DNA of 49,644 nucleotides from Candidatus Brocadiales bacterium (GTDB lineage Bacteria; Planctomycetota; Brocadiia; Brocadiales; Bathyanammoxibiaceae): NCBI GenBank assembly GCA_030586765.1, contig JAUQZZ010000001.1, positions 1 to 49,644 of the forward strand, read 5' to 3'. Shown piece by piece: positions 8,201 to 15,847 of this stretch (position 1 is its first letter; each line of letters starts with the position of its first letter). The notes under the pieces were generated by a model. It saw only the letters and a program-made list of their open reading frames with translations, ran no database searches and was not told where the DNA came from. The position numbers and the translations under genes were made by a program.

Positions 8201-8246
8201 GTCTACCAATTACCCCATCCCTGGTAGACACGACCTTTACGGTCGT
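8201..8246. other. Two hairpins in the convergent intergenic region, GTAG-associated.
   Basis: gtctacca (8201-8208) pairs with tggtagac (8222-8229). acgacc (8230-8235) pairs with ggtcgt (8241-8246). No U-tract follows on either strand, so this is not a classical intrinsic terminator. Confidence 0.35.
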
Positions 8247-8277
8247 TGAGGGCCTTCCGCCAGGGTAGCAACTGGTT

Positions 8278-8649
8278 TTAGCTCCTACAGACGAGCATCA
8301 CACCGATTACAACAAGACCAGTGCCTACCCACCTCAAGGTGGAGACATCCTCGTGGAGTAAGTACTTGGAGAAAAACACGCAAAGGACGTAGACAAAGGC
8401 CGTAAGGGGCTGGGCCAGGCTCAGGTCGGCTCTGGAAAGTACCACCAACCAGACCATAAAATAAACAAAGTGAAAACATACCCCTAAAAGTATAGTCTTA
8501 TTAACTACTACCCTGGAGAAGATGGCGGCTAATTCTCCTATATGGGCCGTGTCCACCCTCCCTACCTGTTTCATGCCCTTGCTCAGGCACACCTCTCCCA
8601 GGGCCACCATCACTAAGCCAAAGAAAAGTATTAATAATGTCTTTGACAT
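8278..8649 (-). CDS. Small 4-TM membrane protein, DMT/EamA half-transporter (ArnE/ArnF-like size and topology).
   Basis: It is 123 aa with four hydrophobic segments (LLILFFGLVMVALG, ILLGVCFHFVYFMVWLVVL, LTAFVYVLCVFF, GTGLVVIGVMLV). It is the last gene of the hpnJ-like operon, 8 nt after hpnK-like. Confidence 0.55.
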   Translation of the reverse strand: MSKTLLILFFGLVMVALGEVCLSKGMKQVGRVDTAHIGELAAIFSRVVVNKTILLGVCFHFVYFMVWLVVLSRADLSLAQPLTAFVYVLCVFFSKYLLHEDVSTLRWVGTGLVVIGVMLVCRS

Positions 8650-8657
8650 CTGCCACC

Positions 8658-9554
8658 CTACTGGAGTGCCGAATAGTCTACTAACTGTATAGAGCTCGCA
8701 CTTATCAGTTCCTTTATCTCCTTACTCACCAGTACCTCTAGCTCCTCCCCAGGGTGATACTCAGGCATCCATCGGGAGTATTCAGGGCAGGGTAAGAGGC
8801 AGGGGTGAAAGTAGACCTCGTTCACCCCGCGGGTTATACCCCTTATAAGGGCCCTTACGTAACTGGCATTCATATCCCCACTCTGAAGAAGACCATACAC
8901 CTTGTCAGTGAAGTGAAACCCCTTTTCCTCCAGTACACTCTTACAATATCTTGAGAGCAGATTAAAGGTAATGGAATGGAAGAGCTTGGAAAACATCCTG
9001 CTTCTATCAGACCTCAAGGTCAGGAGCAATTCTTCCCTGGGGAGCCGAAAGTTCTTTATACCCAACTCCTGGCCCAGTTCCATAATGATTCCGAATACCC
9101 TGGGATGGACATGTATGTTTAGATGCCCGTTAATAAAAGCCAATGTCAGGCCTGTAGACAGAAACTTCTCTATCTGGGCCTTGAGTTCCTCCCTTATCTC
9201 CTTAGCGGCTTCCCCCTGGAAGAAATACCTCAATCCTGCCAGGATAGGATTACTAGGAAAATTGCCTTCTTCGTCTACCAGCTTGGGTATCCTTTGGTGG
9301 GGAAGCACAGATTTTCCTTGAACCAGGACTATATGTAACCCAACGCTTAGTCCTGGGTTGGCTCTGGCCAGGTCAACGGCCTCTTCGAAGGCCTTGCCCC
9401 CCACCACCAGGCTGGCGCTGGTTAGAATCCCTTCCCTGTGGGCCTTGATTATTGCCTGGTTGACCTGTGGGGATATGCCAAAGTCATCCCCCGTTATAAT
9501 CAGGGCCTTCACTATATCCTGCCCCCGTCCTTCCACTCCTCCACGCTTGCCCAC
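8658..9554 (-). CDS. hpnK: YdjC-family carbohydrate deacetylase, HpnK-like.
   Basis: ALIITGDDFGISPQVNQAIIKAHREGILTSASLVVGG...GLHIVL is the YdjC/HpnK N-terminal signature (DDFG, metal-binding H). An alternative GTG start at 9512 would overlap the upstream stop by 1 nt instead of 43 nt. Confidence 0.7.
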   Translation of the reverse strand: MGKRGGVEGRGQDIVKALIITGDDFGISPQVNQAIIKAHREGILTSASLVVGGKAFEEAVDLARANPGLSVGLHIVLVQGKSVLPHQRIPKLVDEEGNFPSNPILAGLRYFFQGEAAKEIREELKAQIEKFLSTGLTLAFINGHLNIHVHPRVFGIIMELGQELGIKNFRLPREELLLTLRSDRSRMFSKLFHSITFNLLSRYCKSVLEEKGFHFTDKVYGLLQSGDMNASYVRALIRGITRGVNEVYFHPCLLPCPEYSRWMPEYHPGEELEVLVSKEIKELISASSIQLVDYSALQ

Positions 9555-10606
9555 AGAGAGATGAGATTATTTGCGTCCCAAAGCCTCCTCAGTCCCTCTA
9601 TCACACCTCCATTACTGAAGGAAGCCACTGCATCGCTCACTGAGATGGCCACATACTGCATAAGACTGGGTTCCCTGTAGCACTCGTTTATGCAGAGGTT
9701 GCAGTTCAGCCTCTTGAAGGTAACTCTATCAAATTCATATATGGTACCCATCTTTTCATTCAGGGTCTGACAGGGATAGACGTCCAGGAGCCAATCCACA
9801 TAAAAAGACTTATAGCCCCCCAGGCATATAAACCTTACCTTCCCATCATCAAAAAATCTGACCATATCATCCAGGGAGGCAGTGGGGTTCAATATCCTGA
9901 AACGGCTCTTAAGCCTCTTTATGGTCCTGAAGACCTCGATAATCTCCTGGGGACGGTAGTCTATTAACCCAGAGGCTGTATATCCTGCATAGGAGTCTGA
10001 ATACCTTATCATGGGGTTTGAGAAGGTCATCTTTTCAAACCCTAAGTCTCTCAAAAAGATGACAAGTCTGGAGTAATCCTTTATAAGTTTGCTTATAGTC
10101 ACTGAAGCTATACAATTCATACCCACCGCCTTTATCTTAGGAATGGCCCTCCTAACCGTCTCACATACCCCAGGAAGTCCACGGTTTTTTTCATGTTCCT
10201 CAACAGTGGCGGCATCAATGGAAATAAATATGGTGCTGAGCCCGGCCTCTTTTAATCCATGAACCATATCCATCGTGAGGTAGGTGGCGTTTGTGGACAT
10301 CATAGACACTATGCCCCTGTTACTGGAATAGCGGATTATTTCTAAAAAATCAGGGTGCAATAGAGGCTCCCCCCCTACAAAGGTTATGTACCTTATTCCC
10401 CTCTGGTAGAGGATATCTAAGGCCTCTTTGGCCTTGGCCGTGTCCACATAGACCCTGTCTCTGGCGGCTACCTTCGGGAAGGTGCAGAAGCTACATTTGG
10501 CGTTGCAGACGTTGGTAAGGGCAAAGTTAATAAAACTAGGGCCACCATTAATTACGGCATCCTTTACCAGTTCAAATCCCTTTCTATATCCGTTTAGACT
10601 CAACAC
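9512..10606 (-). CDS. Radical SAM enzyme with a C-terminal Cys-rich (SPASM/twitch-like) extension.
   Basis: CNAKCSFC (Cx3Cx2C) at residues ~34-41, then GGEPLL. The C-terminal part carries C..C..CNLCINEC. The start overlaps the hpnJ-like stop by 7 nt. Confidence 0.75.
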   Translation of the reverse strand: MLSLNGYRKGFELVKDAVINGGPSFINFALTNVCNAKCSFCTFPKVAARDRVYVDTAKAKEALDILYQRGIRYITFVGGEPLLHPDFLEIIRYSSNRGIVSMMSTNATYLTMDMVHGLKEAGLSTIFISIDAATVEEHEKNRGLPGVCETVRRAIPKIKAVGMNCIASVTISKLIKDYSRLVIFLRDLGFEKMTFSNPMIRYSDSYAGYTASGLIDYRPQEIIEVFRTIKRLKSRFRILNPTASLDDMVRFFDDGKVRFICLGGYKSFYVDWLLDVYPCQTLNEKMGTIYEFDRVTFKRLNCNLCINECYREPSLMQYVAISVSDAVASFSNGGVIEGLRRLWDANNLISLWASVEEWKDGGRI

Positions 10607-12033
10607 GCCTTATTCCCTCTTACCATCTCCTTACGCCTGGACAGGAATTCCTTAAACTCTGCCCCCTCCCTGAGTACCCTCCTCCTCTCTTCTTTATTAA
10701 ATAGTATCTTCTTTATCATCCTGGCTATGAACCTGGGCCGGTAATAAAATCTCTTGTAGAATTTCTCCACTGCCTGGAAGATCTCCAGGTTTGTGATGCC
10801 TGGGTACTGGAGGCTGCAGTTCTGGTAACCCCTCTCGCTTACAAGATTCTCCTTTACAAAATAACCCTTTTCCTGGCAAAGCTCATAGAGTCTTGTCCCT
10901 GGATAGGGTGAAGCCAGGGAGACCTGGATAGTGTCAGGGTTTAACTTGCAGGCAAACCTTATGGAGTCCTCTATAGATTCATGAGTCTCCTCTGGAAGAC
11001 CCAGGATGAAAGCACCATGTATCTGTATCTTGAGCTTCTTACAATTCTTGGTAAACTGCTTGGCCTGTTCTATTGTGACCCCCTTCTTTACGTTGTCTAG
11101 TATCTGCTGATTGCCTGACTCATAGCCCACTACCAGGAGCCGCAGTCCAGAATCCTTCATCACCTTGAGGGTATCGTAGTCTGTGGAGACGCGGCTGGTA
11201 GTAGACCAGGTAATCCCCAGGGGCTTGAGACCACGGCAGAGTTCGTGTACCCTGGCCCTATTGGCAGTAAAGGTATCGTCGTCAAAAAATATCTCTTTCA
11301 CCTCAGGGAAGTATTTGAGGGCGAGCCCTACCTCCTCTACTACGTTCTCTGGACTCCTTACCCTGTAAGTATTCCCGGTAAAGGTCTGGGGCCACAGGCA
11401 GAAGATACACTGGGCAGGACACCCCCTCCCTGTATAAATGGAAACATAGGGCTTTAGAAGATAGGGTATCTGATAATTATGGATGTTGAGGTCTCTCCTA
11501 TAAACCTCCACCACAAAGGGCAAGGCATCCAGGTCCTTTATAGGCTCCCTGTCATTATTGTGGATTATCTCTCCATTTTTTCTATAACTTATTCCATCTA
11601 TCTCCTTCAGATTCTTCCCCTCGGTAAACTCCTTTATAGAGTAGTCGAACTCCCGCCTGCATACGAAGTCAATGGCCTGAGAGGCGCGTAGCGACTCTTC
11701 GGGGAGGATGCTTGTGTGGGGCCCTACCAGGGCAATCTTTATGTCCTTTCTAGCCTCCTTTATGCACCGTACAGTATCGAGGTCCTTCATAAAAGATGCG
11801 GTGCTTGTGTATACTACTACCAGGTCGAAGTCCTTCACTATGGATAGGGTCTTTTCCAGGCTGTAGTGCTCGGCTGGGGCATCAATGACACGGCTATCTT
11901 TTATCATACCTGCGGGGTAGCAAAGCCAGGTGGGATACCAGAAGCTCGTCACCTCCCTGGTGGCCTGATAGCGGGAACCTGCACCGCCGTCAAAGTCCTC
12001 ATAGGAGGGCGGATTTAGAAAGGCAACCTTCAC
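10600..12033 (-). CDS. hpnJ: B12-binding-domain radical SAM protein, HpnJ-like.
   Basis: KVAFLNPPSYEDFDGGAGSRYQATREVTSFWYPTWL matches my recollection of the HpnJ N-terminus (FLNPPSFEGFDGGAGSRYQA..R...SFWYPTWL). CPAQCIFC is the radical SAM triad. It is 477 aa and starts with GTG. Confidence 0.8.
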   Translation of the reverse strand: MKVAFLNPPSYEDFDGGAGSRYQATREVTSFWYPTWLCYPAGMIKDSRVIDAPAEHYSLEKTLSIVKDFDLVVVYTSTASFMKDLDTVRCIKEARKDIKIALVGPHTSILPEESLRASQAIDFVCRREFDYSIKEFTEGKNLKEIDGISYRKNGEIIHNNDREPIKDLDALPFVVEVYRRDLNIHNYQIPYLLKPYVSIYTGRGCPAQCIFCLWPQTFTGNTYRVRSPENVVEEVGLALKYFPEVKEIFFDDDTFTANRARVHELCRGLKPLGITWSTTSRVSTDYDTLKVMKDSGLRLLVVGYESGNQQILDNVKKGVTIEQAKQFTKNCKKLKIQIHGAFILGLPEETHESIEDSIRFACKLNPDTIQVSLASPYPGTRLYELCQEKGYFVKENLVSERGYQNCSLQYPGITNLEIFQAVEKFYKRFYYRPRFIARMIKKILFNKEERRRVLREGAEFKEFLSRRKEMVRGNKAC

Positions 12034-12076
12034 TCTTTTCCCCTTTCTCTGAGACCTCTGCTAGCGAAGAATCTAG

Positions 12077-12137
12077 GGGTAGGTCAAGGCCACGCCTTGA
12101 CCATACATGCAGGTCAGGGTGTAACCCTGACCTACCC
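12077..12137. repeat. REPIN-like element, family 1 (two inverted GTAG-headed hairpins).
   Basis: The element reads gggtag-ggtcaaggc-cac-gccttgacc ... ggtcagggt-gta-accctgacc-taccc. It has two 9-bp-stem hairpins, and the outer gggtaggtc / gacctaccc are complementary. A near-identical copy lies at 47957-48019. Confidence 0.75.
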
Positions 12138-12200
12138 GATTCCCTCAGAATGATAATTGTGATGGGTTTTTGGTATCATGTGAGCCTACGAGGATACAAC

Positions 12201-12662
12201 CTATCCCTTGGCCAATTTCCTTGAGTATCTTTTCACTATCTCTTCCTGCTCTGGGGTCTCTATAGAGCCAGGCCTCTTCCGGCGAACCTCCTCAATGGCC
12301 TCCAGGGCCTTGTATCCCTTATGTACCAGATAGCAGGCCAGCATGGTACCCGTCCTGCCTATCCCCGCCTCGCAGTGCACTACTACCTTCTTTCCCAGGG
12401 CCTTCATCCTTGTGGTAAATTTCACAAACTCGTCAATCTGCTCCAGGGAAGGGGCCGTGAGGTCTTCTACAGGCACATGCTTGTACTCGAAACCAAACTC
12501 CTCTATAAGGGCCTTCTGCAGGGGGTGCTCAGTGAGGGAGACTATGGCATCTATGCCCCACTCCTTCAGGAACTCAAAGTCATACACAGAAGAGGCGGGC
12601 CTTGCCATACCTGCTATCTCGTCGGGCAGTAGCCAGCTAAAATTCTTGGGCATAGTCTCCAC
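12201..12662 (-). CDS. Cys-based dual-specificity-type protein phosphatase.
   Basis: VVVHCEAGIGRTGTMLACYLV is the HCx5R(S/T) P-loop. 153 aa. Confidence 0.8.
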   Translation of the reverse strand: METMPKNFSWLLPDEIAGMARPASSVYDFEFLKEWGIDAIVSLTEHPLQKALIEEFGFEYKHVPVEDLTAPSLEQIDEFVKFTTRMKALGKKVVVHCEAGIGRTGTMLACYLVHKGYKALEAIEEVRRKRPGSIETPEQEEIVKRYSRKLAKG

Positions 12663-12670
12663 ACCTACCC

Positions 12671-13099
12671 TTACCTGAGCCTGTAATCACCTAATGTCTT
12701 TATGATATCCTTCCGAAGCCTCTCCATTTCTCCCTCTGGATAGTTCCCCTGTCTCCAGCCGAAGGAAAACCCGTCAGTGCTATGTCTTGGAATTATGTGG
12801 AAATGGACATGGGGGATGGTCTGGCCCGCACAGGCCCTGTTGGTCTGGAAGAGGTTTAGCCCTTCTGCCCTGGTAACCTTCACCACGGCCCTGGAAAGGG
12901 CAGGAACCATCTCCATAACCCTCCCCAGCTCTTTTTCAGGGATGTCCATCACGGTCTCGTAGTGTTTTTTGGGCATGACCAATATGTGCCCAGGATTTAC
13001 AGGATTTATATCCAGGAAGGATAACACCTCATTATTCTCTAGAAGTTTGCTGGCGGGTATCTCTCCTCTGGCTATCTTGCAGAAGACGCAATCTCTCAT
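12671..13099 (-). CDS. HIT-family nucleotide hydrolase/transferase.
   Basis: It has the histidine triad HVHFHIIP and an N-terminal CVFCKI. It overlaps the rplQ stop by 4 nt. Confidence 0.85.
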   Translation of the reverse strand: MRDCVFCKIARGEIPASKLLENNEVLSFLDINPVNPGHILVMPKKHYETVMDIPEKELGRVMEMVPALSRAVVKVTRAEGLNLFQTNRACAGQTIPHVHFHIIPRHSTDGFSFGWRQGNYPEGEMERLRKDIIKTLGDYRLR

Positions 13100-13698
13100 T
13101 CCTTTGGTTTCGCTGCGCTCACTACATGCTTTTCTTCAGTCTTTGGGACCGTGGGTTTGGTCTCTTTCTCCGCACCAGGCCCTTCCCCGACCTTCTCCAC
13201 CAACTCAAAGAGTGCCAGGTCTGCATTGTCCCCCAATCGGCTACCTACCATGCGTATCTTTCTATCCTTACCCTCCATCTTATAGGTAAGTTCAGGTATT
13301 TGGCCCACCTTGCTGCCGGTGAGCACCCCTAATCTGCTCCCTGACAGGCGCAGAATCCTTGTATATCCCCCATTCCTTGTCATGTACCTCTGTGCGATGC
13401 CTCCCTCTTCCCGCCATTTCCCCTCGCCTACCAATTTCCTTGCTGCCTCTTTATCCTGCAGTTCTGATAAGACCCTCCTGTAGTAGTTGACATATGCGGG
13501 CCTGTCTGCCTCTTTCTTTGAGAGGGCCTTTTTAGCCAGGGTAATGACCTTTTCTACAAAGGGCCTTACCTCCTTGGCCTTGGGCAGGGTAGTAACTATT
13601 CTCCCATAGGTGAAGAGGCTGTTGGCCAGGTTGCGTCTTAGAGCAACCCTGTGGCTGGAGGTTCTACTTAGATGCCTGCCTCTCTTTCCATGCCTCAT
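13096..13698 (-). CDS. rplQ: 50S ribosomal protein L17 (enlarged, 200 aa).
   Basis: MRHGKRGRHLSRTSSHRVALRRNLANSL..., GGYTRILRL and GDNADLALFELV are L17 blocks. It follows rpoA. Confidence 0.93.
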   Translation of the reverse strand: MRHGKRGRHLSRTSSHRVALRRNLANSLFTYGRIVTTLPKAKEVRPFVEKVITLAKKALSKKEADRPAYVNYYRRVLSELQDKEAARKLVGEGKWREEGGIAQRYMTRNGGYTRILRLSGSRLGVLTGSKVGQIPELTYKMEGKDRKIRMVGSRLGDNADLALFELVEKVGEGPGAEKETKPTVPKTEEKHVVSAAKPKE

Positions 13699-14714
13699 TG
13701 AGACCTTCCTTCCACCTTTTCCTTCTTCACCATCCCAAGACTGAGCCCTAGCTGGGACAATTTTTTCTTTACTTCCTTCAGGGTCGTCTTGCCAAAATTT
13801 CTAATCTCTAGGACCTCTTCCTCTGTAAGGGCCGCCAATTCCCCTATAGTCCTTATATTTGCGGCCTCCAGGCAGTTGGAGGCGCGCACCGAGAGGTCTA
13901 GCTCCGATACAGGTCTCTCCAGTTTTGCATAGAGCTCACCCGAAACCTCCTTACCGACTTCTGCAACCTCTAGGGCAGGCTTGGCCTCTGCCCGGGGCAG
14001 CTCCCGCCCTATCTCAAAGTATTGAACAAAGGGGTTAAGATGCTTCCTGAGGACCTTGGCTGCCTCCACCATGGCCATTTCAGGGGTTATCACCCCGTTG
14101 GTCCAGATTTCCATAATCAACCTGTCATAATTGGTGCGCCTGCCAACCCTGGTATCCTCTGTATAGTACTTCACCTTTCTTACAGGGGAAAAGACAGAAT
14201 CCACGGCAATGAGGCCTATCTCTGGCTCTTCTGGCTCGTTTTCTTCTGCCGTGACATATCCTCGCCCCTTCTTGACCTCCATCTCCACCAGAAAGTCTGC
14301 ATCCTCTGAGAGGGTGGCAATGTGGAGGTCTGGATTTATTATCTCTGCCCCTCCATCGGTAATAATGTCCTTGGCCTTAATCTCTCCCTTCTTGCGGGCC
14401 TCTATACGGATCTTCCTGGGGTGGTCATCGTGGAGTTTTACTGTAAGAGACTTAATATTGAGGATGATGTCTGTCACATCCTCCACCACCCCTGGGACGG
14501 TACTGAACTCATGCTTCACCCCCTTGAACTTTACAGAAGTCACAGCGCTACCTTCCAAGGAGGAGAGTAGAACCCTACGGAGGCTGTTGCCTATAGTAAT
14601 CCCATAGCCCCTTTCAAAAGGCTCTGCAACGAACTTGCCGTAGGTATTGGTTAAGGTCCGCTGATCAACGGTGATGCGAGTCGGCAGCTCAAAACCTCTC
14701 CACCGAATTCGCAT
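13695..14714 (-). CDS. rpoA: DNA-directed RNA polymerase subunit alpha.
   Basis: GYGITIGNSLRRVLLSSLEGSAVTSVKF is present, and the C-terminal domain has LDLSVRASNCLEAANIRTIGEL. Confidence 0.97.
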   Translation of the reverse strand: MRIRWRGFELPTRITVDQRTLTNTYGKFVAEPFERGYGITIGNSLRRVLLSSLEGSAVTSVKFKGVKHEFSTVPGVVEDVTDIILNIKSLTVKLHDDHPRKIRIEARKKGEIKAKDIITDGGAEIINPDLHIATLSEDADFLVEMEVKKGRGYVTAEENEPEEPEIGLIAVDSVFSPVRKVKYYTEDTRVGRRTNYDRLIMEIWTNGVITPEMAMVEAAKVLRKHLNPFVQYFEIGRELPRAEAKPALEVAEVGKEVSGELYAKLERPVSELDLSVRASNCLEAANIRTIGELAALTEEEVLEIRNFGKTTLKEVKKKLSQLGLSLGMVKKEKVEGRSQ

Positions 14715-14743
14715 GTATCACCTCCCCTCTTTGTTCTTATCTT

Positions 14744-14790
14744 CGCCAGAGGCGTCCGCCTAAGGCGGACCTCAGGCATGACCTCTGGCG
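14744..14790. repeat. Structured palindromic repeat, family 3 (tccgcc-taa-ggcgga core).
   Basis: The outer stem is cgccagagg (14744-14752) / cctctggcg (14782-14790). The inner hairpin is gtccgcc-taa-ggcggac (14754-14770). Related copies lie at 44981-45020 and 44863-44876. It sits in the unusually long 111-nt rpsD-rpoA spacer. Confidence 0.65.
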
Positions 14791-14825
14791 TGACTTGCCC
14801 CTGAAAATAGTGAGGCAGATTTATA

Positions 14826-15452
14826 TTACTTGGTGCAGAGTTCCACTACCATTTGCTCCTGCACAGGTGCGGAGACCTCTTCCCTCAAAGGTAACCTAGA
14901 AACCTTGACCTGCGGCGCGTCCTTATCCAACTCAAGCCATTGGGAGTTGTAGCGAGAGAAATAGGTCTCTAGGTTCGCCTTCGCTATGCCCTGGCTCTTC
15001 TCCCTGGTAGCAGGTCTAATGACGTCTCCCGCCTTTACCATGTAGGAAGGGATGTTCACCCTCCTATCGTTTACCATTATATGGCCGTGACAGATAATCT
15101 GCCTGGCCTCCTTCCGCGAGGCAGCAAAGCTGGTCAGGTAGAGGACATTATCTAGCCTCCTTTCCAAGAGGAGGAGCATGTTCTCGCCTGTGTTGCCCTT
15201 CTGCATCTCGGCCTTCCCGAAGATCCTCCTGAACTGGCGCTCCAGAAGGCCGTAGAATCTCTTGAGCTTCTGTTTCTCGCGGAACTGAACACCAAACTTG
15301 GACATCTTGCCGCTCCTCCAGAAATGCATCCCTGGGACGGTCTTTCTCCTGGTTATGGGACACTTCACAGTGAAGCAGCGGCTCCCTTTGAGATACAGCT
15401 TTATCCCCTCTCTCCTGCATAGACGGCAAACTGGCCCTACTTGCCTAGCCAT
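14826..15452 (-). CDS. rpsD: 30S ribosomal protein S4 (Cys4 form).
   Basis: MARQVGPVCRLCRREGIKLYLKGSRCFTVKCP, followed by the S4 RNA-binding domain. Confidence 0.96.
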   Translation of the reverse strand: MARQVGPVCRLCRREGIKLYLKGSRCFTVKCPITRRKTVPGMHFWRSGKMSKFGVQFREKQKLKRFYGLLERQFRRIFGKAEMQKGNTGENMLLLLERRLDNVLYLTSFAASRKEARQIICHGHIMVNDRRVNIPSYMVKAGDVIRPATREKSQGIAKANLETYFSRYNSQWLELDKDAPQVKVSRLPLREEVSAPVQEQMVVELCTK

Positions 15453-15459
15453 AAACTAC

Positions 15460-15837
15460 CTATACCCTCCTTTTCTTCCTGGGACGACAGCCATTATGAG
15501 GCAATGGAGTAACATCCTCTACGGACTTTACATTTAGCCCTGCTGCCTGAAGGGCGGTGATGGCCGATTCCCTCCCTGAGCCAGGGCCCTTTACCCTTAT
15601 CTCTACCTCCTTAATGCCCTCTTTCTTGGCCTTGTTCGCAACACTCTCAGCTGCCCGAGTGGCTGCAAAGGGTGTACTCTTCCTAGAACCTTTAAAACCT
15701 ACTGTGCCGGCGCTAGCCCAACATATGGTCTCACCGTTAAGGTCCGTTATGGTGATATATGTATTATTAAAGGTAGACTTTATATAAGCTATCGCCCGGG
15801 TTATGTTACGTCTTATCTTCTTGCGTACCTTCGCCAT
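15460..15837 (-). CDS. rpsK: 30S ribosomal protein S11.
   Basis: [32 protein letters not shown]... . I chose the MAK start (15837) over the track start (15858) because it is the canonical S11 N-terminus, has a G-rich RBS, and removes the overlap with the upstream gene. Confidence 0.94.
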   Translation of the reverse strand: MAKVRKKIRRNITRAIAYIKSTFNNTYITITDLNGETICWASAGTVGFKGSRKSTPFAATRAAESVANKAKKEGIKEVEIRVKGPGSGRESAITALQAAGLNVKSVEDVTPLPHNGCRPRKKRRV

Positions 15838-15847
15838 CAGACCCCCC

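Noticed and set aside
8201-8246. The hairpins between the hpnI-like and DMT genes as classical rho-independent terminators.
   Set aside because: No U-tract follows either hairpin on either strand. I kept them only as low-confidence structured elements, possibly REP-related because of the GTAG motifs.
12201-13099. The HIT/phosphatase pair as a toxin-antitoxin or defence module.
   Set aside because: Both have ordinary housekeeping-type catalytic motifs. Their sizes and organisation do not match known TA or defence architectures.
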